A DNA stretch of 64,000 nt from Chara braunii (taxonomy: Eukaryota > Plantae > Charophyceae), in assembly GCA_003427395.1 (NCBI GenBank), contig BFEA01000014.1, forward strand, positions 1,197,477 to 1,261,476, written 5' to 3'. The notes below the pieces were generated by a model. The model ran no database searches. It had not been told where the DNA came from and saw only the letters and a program-made list of their open reading frames with translations. A program made the position numbers and the translations under genes. How positions within the stretch are numbered: position 1 is the stretch's first letter; the number at the start of each line of letters is the position of its first letter. Positions 50,587 to 61,776 of the stretch are shown here, one piece after another.

Positions 50587-53500
50587 CGTTTAGTTGGATC
50601 CAGCTTGTGAAGGGGTGGGGATTTCCTACTGATCTGCCAGTATTCGTATTTCGGGCTGCAACCAACATATTGTTGATGTTGTCATTTGTCAGCTTGTCGT
50701 GCATACCGTTCTGCTTAGCCCAATCAGAAATCAGAGAACCTTGTCTGACGGCAATGGGAAAGACTCAGCTCTGCTTGTTTGATTGGTAACTAACTCCTGT
50801 AGAGGAAACCAATGCACACGTAATTAACACCATTTCTCAAAGGAGTCCGTGATTGTCTTGAGACCCAGTAATATGAAGTAAAATATTACTGGGGGACCCT
50901 TGTCCGCTAAGCTCAGGAAACGACTCGGCTTTAGGATAGGCAGGGAGATCACCGATCCGAAGTAAAATANNNNNNNNNNNNNNNNNNNNNNNNNNNNNNN
51001 NNNNNNNNNNNNNNNNNNNNNNNNNNNNNNNNNNNNNNNNNNNNAGGCAGGGAGATCACCGATCCGAAGTAAAATATTACTGGGGGACCCTTGTCCGCTA
51101 AGCTCAGGAAACGACTCGGCTTTAGGATAGGCAGGGAGACAACCGATTCTGTGTGGTGCAGCACGTACCTTTTCGTTAGTTCAACAATTTCTTCATCCGT
51201 AGGAGTGTCCTTGACCGGGATTGCAGGTATTTCAGCCACCTCGTTGTTCGTGAGCCGTGTAAGCACCAGAGTGTCATTTGACGAGACATCAGAACAGATC
51301 AAGGGGACTAGGTACTTTTCGACAGCACCTTTCAGCCTGTCTTGTTCCGAGAAGGTTTTCATGGGCCTTGATAGTGAGATCTCCCTTCGAGCTACCTGAT
51401 GAAGGTAGCTACGTTTTTGCCCCACACCAACGCTCTTTTGAATTCTCTCAGGTGAGATTTCTATTGATTCCTCCTCAGTTGTGCTCACCCCAGTGGCGTC
51501 GTTCATCTGAGCTCTTTTAGAGGGGGATCCCCCTGGGATGACAATGCGATTTATTTTATGATTTACTTCTTTAAGTATCGAACACCTTGTCTTCCCAGGT
51601 ACTGTGGGAGGTTCAGTGTCTATGAATGACCATTCCTTTGTGCTCTCTTTCTGAACCTCCTCTGTCAATCCCCCTTCCTCCTGATCAGGCCGACCTTCCT
51701 TTTTTCGGTCAGACTCATACATATCATTATAGTACAACTTGGCTTTACCAGATAGAGAACCGTGGGTCAGAGCTCGAGCCGCATCATACTGGGTTAACAG
51801 GTCCTGTGGTGAATTCCAGGAGTTGTCTTCTGTTATCCTGCCTTGCAGGGTCTCCCGTACTATGCCCAATATATCTACTTCTCCCTCCGACTTCGAGTTG
51901 TTCCTCCCTTCCTCCTCTACCAAATCCTCTTCCGTTTGCTCATCTCCTTGCTCCTCCCCCTCCTCCAATAAGTCCCCCACGGTCTTTTTCGTCGTCCCCA
52001 TATCCTCTGAGTTTGGGTTTCCCCTTATCTCTTCGGTGGGGAACTCCTTATTTACCTTCTCCAAACCATCCTCATTCTTCGCTTTCCCTATCCTAGAGAC
52101 CGGGAACTCCTCTCCTGGTGTCTCATCTAGATTCTCCGCCTTGTCTTTTCCTTCTTCTCTCCTTGGATTTCCTTTGTCCTCCTCCTTTTCTCTTTCCTTT
52201 TGTAATTCATTGTCCTCCTCTTCTTCTTCTTCCTCTTCCTCCTCGTCCTCCTCGTCCTCCTCCTCCTCCTCTTCCTTCTCGTCTTCCTCTTCTTCCTCTT
52301 CTATCTCCCCCTCTGTCCTTTCTTCCTGTTTCTCTTCTTCCTCCTCATGATTTACCCCATTTTTCTCTTCCATGTCCCCGAGGTCCTCTTCCTTTATGCC
52401 CTTCTCCTCCATATCCTCATCTTCCTGTTTATTCTTTCCATCCTCCTTCAGCTCCGTTTCCTTTTGTTCCCTTTCCTTCTCTTTCTCCACTTCCCTTTCG
52501 TTCGTCTCCTTCTGATGTGTCTCTGTTCCTTTGAGGACTTCTTGGTAAGTAAACTTAGAGCGTTCCTTCCACACTACCAGCTCCCGCCCTGTAGTAGGAT
52601 AATGTGACTCTTTCTCCCTTTCTTTTTCTTTATCCCGGTCCGAACTCTTTCTACCGTCCTTCTCCCTACTACCTTTGTCCTTTTCCTTTCTTCCCCTCTC
52701 CTTCCCCTTCTCCTTTTCCTTCCCCTTGGGGTTTTTCTCTGCATTATCCTTAGACTTTTCATGGCCCGATTTCCCTTTTTGCTTCCTTTGATCTTTATGG
52801 CGTGAGTTCGTCGGGCAGTCTGGGTTGCCCACATAGTGGTAAAATCGACGGCAGTCAGCACACCATGGGGTGTCAGCGCTGACCACCTCGATTTCCGCCA
52901 GACCCTGTTCGGCCATGTCCACCAATAGCCATGGCTTGACTCGGATTCTTGCGGATGATGCCAGGTCGAAACGTACGTTTTTAAGCTCAGGAGAGATCGG
53001 TTTGTCAAATATCGGATATGTTTTCAGGACTGGTCCAAAAGCGTCTTCCACCGCCGTTCTGAGTTGTGGGAGCGCTGCTATCGGCACCAAGAAGCATCTG
53101 ATCCAGAAAAACTTGAATCGCATAGCCTCTCTCCATTCTTGGAGTTGATGATTTTCGTTCATCCATGGTTGAAAGGTAAGCGACTACTACTTCCCATTGA
53201 GGGAGATTGTTTCTTGCTTCTTACGGAGCATGAACGAAGCCACCTGGCTCGAAGCTGAGACATACGTGACTAGATTTCTACACTCGTTATGGAATAACCC
53301 TCTTTTGGGGGGAACATTGACTTGGGGATTGGTTGCCCACCCGTCCTCGTGTGTTCGAACAAGATGTTTTTTTACTTCCACCGGCAGGGAGGACGAATCA
53401 TCCCCAAACAAAATTGTGACCGCGTGTTCCTTTAACCATTCAACTTGTACCCGGAGCACTTCCGGGTTAATGATGACTCTAACAAAATCATCACCGGTTT

Positions 53501-53684
53501 CCACTGTATTCTTAGCCACGTGATTCGGCAGAATCCCATCCGAGTAACACTGACTCATAATATCTCGTATCCGTTGTCTTTCGGCCTCAGATAGTGGGGC
53601 ATGGGAATTAGGAGGGGGAGGTGGAGGGCGAGGGGGAGGGGGACGAGGGGGTGCGGAAGAGGAGGCACCGTTGACTCCCATCAT
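50550..53684 (-). pseudogene. LINE B ORF1 (zinc knuckle, long acidic linker, C-terminal domain), one frameshift near 53170
   Basis: ORFs 53187..53684 and 50949..53162. Knuckle CADCRRFYHYVGNPDC. Homologous to 36097-38587. Confidence 0.85.
50875..51137. repeat. 84-bp in-frame tandem repeat spanning an assembly gap
   Basis: The unit GAAGTAAAATATTACTGGGGG...CACCGATCC starts at 50875, 50959 and 51066. Confidence 0.75.
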
Positions 53685-53689
53685 GGTGA

Positions 53690-53768
53690 CTTACTCTTCC
53701 GTCAACCCTGACCTTCCCGTCCTTCCGTGTTACTCTTCCGTCAACCCTGACCTTCCCGTCCTTCCGTG
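53690..53768. repeat. 2 x 39-bp perfect tandem repeat in the LINE B 5' UTR
   Basis: TTACTCTTCCGTCAACCCTGACCTTCCCGTCCTTCCGTG occurs twice. Confidence 0.9.
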
Positions 53769-54604
53769 TCCCTTAACTCCAAAGAAACACCAGTCTAAAC
53801 TCTCGCGACTTACGTGAGTTAGTATGCATGCAAGTAGCAACGAATCTAGTCCTTAAATAACTAATGAATACATTATGAGGCATAAATAAAACTGGGATAA
53901 TACTGCTATAAACCTCCCATATCTCCAAATCGAGTCGTCGTAAGAAATGATACCTTTCTTCGTATGTGTGAACTTTGGTGGCCCAGGTCTTCGTTATGTC
54001 GGGAAAAACCACTCAGCCTTCGTCATACCGAGTCCTTCCCCACGCCTATGTTCACCCCTCGCCATTGCCTGAAGCCTGTTGGTAGCACGAAAAAAGGAGC
54101 AGTCCTGTAGTGTCGATTATTGCCAGCTCCTAAATCTTTGTCTGCATGACCGCCCTTCGTCGGTGGACCGAAATGCCTCCCTGCCCCCTGGTGTTCCACA
54201 GGGGGAAACGTCATAAAAGGTATACCACGCGGAAGGTGGAGGGCACATAGAAAATGCCAAAGAAGACGCCCTTCCACATGCTCCCCGCCCTGGCCCGCCG
54301 CTCCCGTCGTTTGGAAAAAAAAAAAAAACTAACGCAGGTTAGCGCCGCCCCTGGGCGGTCCACCACACCATCCTATAAGATTATTGTACCACGGGGTTCA
54401 GCTCATCAGATTTTTTCATGCCCTTCATGGACTCATTTTGGAAGAGTTTGGATTAGAGGAAAGAATTGGGACAATGGACCCGGTTTCCAGTACCAGCCTA
54501 AGCTGGGTACAGGCTCCAGTATTCTCCGGGTTGATTGTGAGGAATTCCTGACCTCTTTCTTTCCATTTGCAATACATGTTGAAAGATGGGTGGAGTGGTT
54601 CAAT

Positions 54605-55110
54605 ACCCTGAGTCGCGAGGAGGAGGGTGGGTTTGCGGGGTCCTTGACCCCTGCCGCGCGGGAGGTGGGGTGTTGCTGCTGGGTTATGATGCGATTGGAC
54701 GAGAAGTCACATATTCGTGATGAGTAATCGTCAGTTCGGTTTCCACTTTCTTCAACAGGCTTTGTTTTTCGCAGTCATCTGAGTTCTGGGAGATATGGGT
54801 GAGCATCTCTCCGCAGGAGTTTCTTCATGGAGGGCGTTGGGACTCCTTTAGGGATGTAGATGTGGAATAGGGGGTAGAGTACCCTGAATCGTGAGGAGGT
54901 GGGTGGGTTTGCGGGCCCTTTGGCCCCTGCCGTGCGGGTGCTAGGGTAATTCTGCTGGCTTGCAAAAACACCGTCGTGGTGGGAGTTGGTGTTTTTGGTA
55001 TTGGTGAGTGTGGGAGCGATCCGCCCTGAATCGCGAGGAGGTGGGTGGGTTTTGCGGGGGCTGTGTCTGTAGTTGGGGGCCTGTGGGTACAGCCCCCTGC
55101 CGCGCGGGTG
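54605..55110. repeat. Three copies of a G-rich motif with a variable hairpin
   Basis: CCCTGARTCGYGAGGAGGWGGGTGGGTTTGCGGG..CCCCTGCCGYGCGGG at ~54606, ~54882 and ~55024. Confidence 0.8.
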
Positions 55111-55371
55111 GCAGGGCGGTTTGCAGGGCTAGGCAATATTCTCTGTTGACTTAGGGATTGTGGTCTGTTCTCCTCCCTTTCTGGCGTAGATTAAAGTTCT
55201 TTGTGATTGGGTTGCAGCTTGAGAATTGTGTGCTTGTTGCGTGGGCTAATTACTGAGTTGCCTGTTGTTGGTTTAGGATTCATGGTTTATGATAAGGGTT
55301 GCAACCGCGTTGTGGTCCGGTCTTTGGGCTTGACCGGTGATGTCTCGCCCTTTGTCGCGACCACCTGCTTT

Positions 55372-56449
55372 ATGTGAGGGACGCCAGGCCCGATTCCTGT
55401 TTTTTTTTTCGAAATATAAGGGACGCCGGGCCCGGTTCCCGGTTTTCTTGAAAAAAAAAAAAAAAAAAAAGAACTTGGTCAACTGCTGGGGTCCAGGGGC
55501 GTGGTCCCACTAGCAAAGAGGATCAGATCCAACGCCTGAATCTGGACGAAGTTGTCGAAATGTGCAGGAAATCGAGATTGAACCGCTTTTCTGCATCTCT
55601 GCATAAAACACATCCAGCTTCAGGCATTCCATCCGATCCTCTTTGCTAATGGGACCTCGGCCCAGGCCATACAGTTGTTATTTTCGGCGTGAACCAAGAG
55701 GGCCAAGAGGCAGGCCCCACCATAGCACCAGTTGGGCCTGCCACGACGCAGAGTTACTACAGTCAGATTCATGTCATGCATGCATCTTGGTTCACACAAG
55801 GGGCACGTCCATATGACGGTAGTGGGGCGCTCGGCGGAGACCTGTGGGGAGGTCCCAATAGCAAGGAGGCTTGGATTGAACCCCTGAATCTGGACTTGTT
55901 TTGGTGACATGTGCAGAAAATCGGGATCCATCTGCTTCTCTGCATCTCTGCGTGAAACACGTCCACATTCTGGCGCTTAATCCAATTCCCTTTGCTAGTG
56001 GGACCTCGCCCCCTGGTCGCCACAAAATGGACCGTCAACGCGGGGTCAAGGAGGTCCTAACTGAAAACAAAGACGTCCTGAAAACAAAGAAAAAGCTAAA
56101 AAAAAAAGAAAAACAAAAAAAAAGGACGTCCTTATCCTTTAAGTTTAAACCACCACTAGGCGTCGCAGCCTTTCAAAAACGGAGAGTCAGAGCCTGTAGT
56201 TAGATTACCGGTAGGGCTTTTCTGGGATGTATTGGACTGGCTTTACAGCCGCGTCTGGATGCATCTGACCGCAAATACGCCATAGATAAGCTCAAAAAGT
56301 CCTTGCGTCATTATCCGCTCAGACGGTACACTAACTACACAAACTCTTAACGATGTTTTATTTTTAAAAATTTAATTTTATTGCGACAAAAGAAAAAAAA
56401 GAAAATCATTTACTATAAAACCGGGAAACGGGCCCGGCGTCCCTCACAT
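55372..56449. mobile_element. ~1.1-kb TIR element containing two foldback MITEs
   Basis: ~32-bp inverted repeat ATGTGAGGGACGCCAGGCCCGATTCCTGTTTT / AAAACCGGGAAACGGGCCCGGCGTCCCTCACAT. No TSD seen. Confidence 0.55.
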
Positions 56450-56711
56450 GAATTCCGTAGCCAATCCAGGCTGAACTGACCGGGCCCAGGGGCGTGGTCC
56501 CACTACCGGTAGCAAAGAGGATCGGATAGAAATCCTGAATGTGGACGAGTTTATGGAGATGTGCGTGAGATCGAGATTGAACTGCTTTTCTGCATCTTCT
56601 GCCTAAAACACATCCAGATTCAGAAAGGAGCTCGATCCTATCCTTTTTGCTAGTGGGACCTCGGCCCAGGTAATTCAGAATGATTTTACTTTGTTCATCT
56701 CATTGTAATTC

Positions 56712-56778
56712 CAACCGGATTCGAACTTGGGTTCGCCATTTTAACAGTTCGGGGCTGTACCAACTGAGCTGGGCTCGT
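56712..56778 (-). mobile_element. tRNA-derived SINE head
   Basis: A box AGCTCAGTTGG, CTGTTAA anticodon-like loop and B box GTTCGAATCC, with broken stems. A relative lies at 63719-63892. Confidence 0.6.
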
Positions 56779-56821
56779 TGGTACTCTTAACTAATTTTTT
56801 ATTTTTGTTTCTATTTTGTAT

Positions 56822-56908
56822 AATTTGGACCATTTCTCGATTTTTGCGGGCCATGCTAATCTTCTGTTTCTCTGTATCGCTCCAATTTTAACGGATGTCC
56901 CTGAGGAC
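56822..56908 (-). pseudogene. U6: Retroposed U6 snRNA pseudogene
   Basis: The rc reads GTCCTCAGGGACATCCGTTAAAATTGGAGCGATACAGAGAA..GATTAGCATGGCCC..AAATCGAGAAATGGTCCAAATT (plant-type U6). A-rich tail; TSD CTCTTAAC at 56784 and 56909. Confidence 0.93.
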
Positions 56909-58478
56909 CTCTTAACGATTTTCGTTTGCTCCTCCTGCTGGCATTTTGTTACGGTCCGTCCGGAAGGCCGCCTGCAGGGCCGATGTCCCACTACCGTAGC
57001 AACAAGGGTTGGATTGAACGCCTGAATGTAGACCAGTTCGCGGAGAGGTGCAGAAATTCGAGATTGAACTGCTTTTCTGCACGTCTGCTTACACCACGTC
57101 CAGATTCAGGAGCTCGATCCAATCCTCTTTGCTAATGGGACCTCGCCCCTGCAGGTGGTCTGTGCAAACACGCAAGCGCGCACACACACACGATGCTCTG
57201 TGCTTGTCGCCTGACTCGTGTTCACCTGAAGTGGATTTTATTATTATTATTATTATTATGTTTTTTTTTTTTCCGGTGAAGTGAAAGATTTGAAAGTTTA
57301 TTTTCCGCCATTTTTTCGAAAAAAAAAAGAAAGAAAGAAAATGAAGTTTCCGCTCCCCCTTTTTTTTTTTCTTTTTTTTTCTTTTCTTTTCAAAAGGGCA
57401 TCATCATCATTTTTTTGTTTTTTGGGGGAAAAAGGGCATCATCATCGAACTCACCCGCCGCCTACAGATAATTCAGAGAGAGAGTTACTCTCCTTATTGA
57501 TTGGTCCTTAAGGTGGATTCGAACCTGCGTCTGCTTCTGAACAGGTTGGGTGTTTGTTTTTCGTTCTAGGAAACGAAATAACCTTTTTTTTTTTTTTTTT
57601 TTTTTGAGGGCTCTTTTGTATTCAGCCGCCGCTCTTCAAATGAGCAACAAAAGGAAGAGACAGTACAAAATGGGAATGAATCTTCCCCTAGAACTCGAAA
57701 AGATACATACTAAGCCATTTTTTTTTTTTTTTTTTTTGAATTTAACCGCCATCGTTTGTGTCTTTTTGTATGTGGGTTGTATTTCACGACCGCGCGTATA
57801 ATATCGAGACGAGAAGAGAAGAAATCGCGCGCCAGAGGAGAGGCATCAAACATCAAACATAAAAAACTGCACATGGTTTTGTATTCAACGGAATGTTGGT
57901 GGCGCTGGTTTCGCTGGTGGCGCGGGTGGCGCGGTAGAGTGAAATACTGTGAAAAGTACTGCTGCTCTGCAGATGGTGCAGAAGCTCCCGCCGGTGGCAC
58001 CGAAGAATGTGTTGGTATTGCGAAAGAAGTTCAAAGAACGAAAGACAAGACAAAAATAGGCAGTGATGGCCGTCGATCTGACAGATCGACGGTGATAAGG
58101 CCATTCGTAGAAACCGGAAAATCCATGTACGGTAGGCCGGCGGGAGATCCAATCAGCAGTTTCTGAGCCAAGGACACACCTTGTGTTCTGCTGCTGGCGG
58201 ACAGGAGCTGCAAAAGCTGCAGCACCAGGAGTAAGAGCAGGAGGAGGAGGAGGAGGGGGAGTAGGAGTAGGAGAAGGAAGAGGAGGAAGAGCATGAGCAG
58301 TTTCGGCCTGCAGAGCGAGGCGTAGAAGACAGAGGGGGGGAGAGTCGGGGGAGCAGTTGGTGGGATCACAGAGCGCTCGGCATCCTCCGCCTAGGCTGTA
58401 GGAGAATGCGAGAGGGAGAGAGAGTGGGAGGGAGGAGGAGGTGGTAGGCAGGCGGGGACGTCGCACGACAAAGCGCCG

Positions 58479-58482
<4 letters not shown>

Positions 58483-58538
<56 letters not shown>

Positions 58539-58872
58539 CGCCCGCCTGTCGCACTGCGGAACTGCTATGACCAATGTAGGCATCGGTCTCAACGAAGGTG
58601 CCGAAAACAAGCCGTAGGTTAAGTAGACATCACGCATAGGAGTTTTGTCCGCCCCGTGTGAAAAAAAGAGGAAAAAGTGAGCAGGGCAGACCTCTTGTTG
58701 TGTGTGTGTGTGTCTCTCCGTGTGGCCGTGTGTGGCAGTTCGAAAAGAAGGGACGGAGAGAAAGCGACAGAACACAAGGGCGAGCGAGTGAGAGGATCGA
58801 GAGGAAGGGACGGATGAGAGACAGTTGGGTGTCTCTTCGAAACAGTCAGATGGTTCTTTGAAAAACAGTAAC

Positions 58873-58964
<92 letters not shown>

Positions 58965-59304
58965 NNNNNNNNNNNNNNNNNNNNNNNNNNNNNNNNNNNN
59001 NNNNNNNNNNNNNNNNNNNNNNNNNNNNNNNNNNNNNNNNNNNNNNNNNNNNNNNNNNNNNNNNNNNNNNNNNNNNNNNNNNNNNNNNNNNNNNNNNNNN
59101 NNNNNNNNNNNNNNNNNNNNNNNNNNNNNNNNNNNNNNNNNNNNNNNNNNNNNNNNNNNNNNNNNNNNNNNNNNNNNNNNNNNNNNNNNNNNNNNNNNNN
59201 NNNNNNNNNNNNNNNNNNNNNNNNNNNNNNNNNNNNNNNNNNNNNNNNNNNNNNNNNNNNNNNNNNNNNNNNNNNNNNNNNNNNNNNNNNNNNNNNNNNN
59301 NNNN

Positions 59305-59391
<87 letters not shown>

Positions 59392-59643
59392 TGTACGCTG
59401 GCGCCGAGTGGTGCTCAGTTGATGATATTTAGTTCACCGCTGTTCGGTCGGTGACCGATGGAGGTAGTCTTCGTCGTTGATTGTTTGTTCTTGTCGCGAA
59501 GATACAGAATTGACATCCGAGAGATCCCGGCTTCTGCCGTCTAGGGCCAGCCCACGTAGCCATCTGGCTGTGTTGCCAACCTCTCCTCTCTTGATTTCTC
59601 TCTCTTTATCTTTAGCCTACCTATCTCCTTGCCTTCCAGTCTC

Positions 59644-59706
<63 letters not shown>
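58483..59706. repeat. (GA)n and (CA)n microsatellite cluster, including an N gap at 58965-59304
   Basis: Tracts at 58483-58536, 58872-59387 and 59646-59705. Confidence 0.95.
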
Positions 59707-59709
<3 letters not shown>

Positions 59710-60071
59710 GGATGGACAACGCTGACTAAGTGGGAGAAGAAAGGGAAGAGGAAGGAGAGGAAGAGGTGTGGAGTGTGAAAGAGGGAGAGTCCATGTAGAA
59801 TGGAACGAGAACGAGAATAAAGCAGCGAGGAGTGTAGTTGAATTTGAACGGTTCTTATCGAGTTTGTCTTTTGCGGGTTGGGAAGGAAGATTTGAGAGTA
59901 TACTGGGATTTTCTTGTCTGAATCTGCTCCTAATTCTTCCCAGGTACATTCATGAATCTACATCTAGTTTGAGCATGCCCTAAGGCTGGCTATAGAGTGA
60001 TTGGCGGGGATCTTATCAATTCCATCGTCAGAGCTGGATTGTGGGAAATGTGGCATTCGGCTTTTGACTCG

Positions 60072-60149
60072 TCTGCTTGATTGGTCTGCTTGATTGGTCT
60101 GCTTGATTGGTCTGCTTGATTGGTCTGCTTGATTGGCCTGTTTGATTGG
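60072..60149. promoter_or_regulatory. 6 x 13-bp tandem repeat, each unit holding an inverted CCAAT box
   Basis: (TCTGCTTGATTGG)x5 plus one variant, followed by TA-rich sequence at 60161. The repeat is certain; the regulatory role is inferred. Confidence 0.45.
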
Positions 60150-60346
60150 TCGATTGAGCGTTATATAATATTATATATGTTCATCATGATGGTTTTTGGA
60201 AAAGGTTGTCAATGTGTACGACTCCGACTCAGGATTGGTAGGAATTTGGTGTGTCTTGTTTTCTGTATGCCTACGCACATGGCCGCCTTTGTGGACCACA
60301 TGCAGATATAGATCGATGCCCTTCTTTCTTTTTCTCATTTACGTGG

Positions 60347-60377
<31 letters not shown>

Positions 60378-61716
60378 TGTTCTGGATGATGAGAGAACAC
60401 GTGGCATGCGCTCAAGTCATCCTAGTGGGTTCTTAATGGACGCATGAACATTCTGTTAACAAAATGCCATACCGGTAGTAAGAGCTTGAGGAGGAGGAGG
60501 AGGAGGAGGAGGAGGAGGAGTAGGAGGAGGAGGACGGGGAGGAGGAGGGAGGGGATGGGCGACGACAGTGTGGAAGTCCTATGATGTTTAGAGCAAGCAG
60601 AACGCGAGGACGGTGCCATTGTAGCAGGATAGGGAGCAGCTATTGGTTGTTTTACCGGGATAGAGAAGGGGAGGAGGTTGGAGAAGGGGAGGTTGAGAGC
60701 AGGTTCTCTCTTCTTGTCCTTCCTGTGTGCGGAGAATAGGGCCAAACAACTCATTCAATTAGTTTAATTAGAAAGATGGAATGGGGTTGGTGACAATCCG
60801 GTTGTCTGGATCGGGAAGGAGTGGCAGGGTGTACTCACACTGTGAGTTCGACAAAGGAATCTGACTGTAATTGCAGCCGAGTGCATTTTTAAATGTCCAA
60901 GTGCGAGTGTTTCTTAGATAGATAAGGGAAGGAGCGAAGAGAGTAAGTATGCTCGATCGGATAATGCCAGCAAGGAAAACGTGAGGAAGGTAACTCTGCG
61001 GCTCTTTCGATAAGAGAGGACCAGAGGAGAGACCACGGGAGGAGGAAGAGACGAGGAGAGGAGGGTAGGAGGAGGAAAGGAGAGGAGAAGAAAGGGAGGA
61101 GGAGAGGAGGAGAGGAGGAGAGGAGGAGAGGGAGAGGTAGAGGGAGAGGAAAGGAAGAAGTGAGAGGGGGACGAAAGAGAGTAAAGCAGGAGGAAGGGAG
61201 AGGAGAGGAAGGGAGAGGAGGAGGAGAGGAGGAAAGGAACGGGAGGGAGAAGGAGAAGAGGAGGGGGGGGGGAGTGATTCGGGTCTCTTTCCCGCAAGCA
61301 CTCGGAGAGGTGAGCCGTCTGCTTGGCGGTAAGTTGTTCAAAGTATAGAGGAGGATGAGAGGACCTAGCTGGGGGTGGTTGGTGGGCTAGCATCTGGACA
61401 TGGGAGCAGTTTGGTTGTCGGGTTTGAATCTGGCGCCTTGATCGACCAAGTACAGAAGAGGATGAGCAGAAGGAAGAAGGAAAGGGAGGTGGATGTAGAG
61501 AGAGCTGCTGACGAAGATAGGGGATCGGGCCTGGGCCGGGGTCGGGGCCGCTGGTCCTCTGCCTGTGAAGCAAGGAGAAGACGAAGTGGAAGAGAAGAAA
61601 CACGTTCGTTCTTCCTTCTCCTCCTCCTCCTCCTCTTCCTCGTTTTTTTCCTCCTTTCCTTCCTAGTAGACTTATTCCACTCCTGCCAAAGGTTGTTGCC
61701 GCCGTCGTCATCTCAT

Positions 61717-61776
61717 CATCTTGACACATGGCATCTCGGCACGTGGCATCTTGACACGTGGCATCTCGGCACGTGG
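61717..61776. promoter_or_regulatory. 4 x 15-bp tandem repeat with G-box/ABRE cores
   Basis: CATCTTGACACATGG CATCTCGGCACGTGG CATCTTGACACGTGG CATCTCGGCACGTGG. The regulatory role is inferred. Confidence 0.45.

Larger units (their letters stand above)
45753..53772 (-). mobile_element. Near full-length L1/Tx1-type LINE (copy B) with a poly(A) tail
   Basis: The T run at 45753-45794 is the poly(A) tail. ORF1 and ORF2 are in canonical order, and the short 5' UTR has 39-bp tandem monomers. Confidence 0.92.
55494..57151. mobile_element. Cluster of four ~165-bp foldback MITEs (~55494-55665, 55845-56015, 56487-56669, 56975-57151)
   Basis: Shared TIRs GGTCCCACTAGCAAAGAGGAT / ATCCTCTTTGCTAGTGGGACC and a shared core. 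Confidence 0.85.

Noticed and set aside
51626-52607. Plus-strand Ser/Pro-rich ORFs
   Set aside because: Antisense shadows of the acidic LINE ORF1 linker.
45740-53790. TSD around LINE B
   Set aside because: Only a weak, off-register CTCC(T/A)AAG similarity between the flanks.
54605-55110. HDV-like ribozyme on the minus strand (CCTCCTCGC resembles L3)
   Set aside because: P3 cannot form (CCA/CGA), and no P1/P2/J4-2 arrangement was found.
56712-56778. Genuine tRNA-Asn gene
   Set aside because: Acceptor and anticodon stems do not pair; only the A and B boxes persist.
57512-57545. Third tRNA-like element
   Set aside because: Only a B-box-like GGTTCGAATCC on the minus strand, with no A box.
57885-58910. 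341-aa minus-strand ORF as a gene
   Set aside because: It is largely made of (GT)n, (CT)n and CCT repeats that lack stops, with no recognisable domain. A small real exon cannot be excluded.
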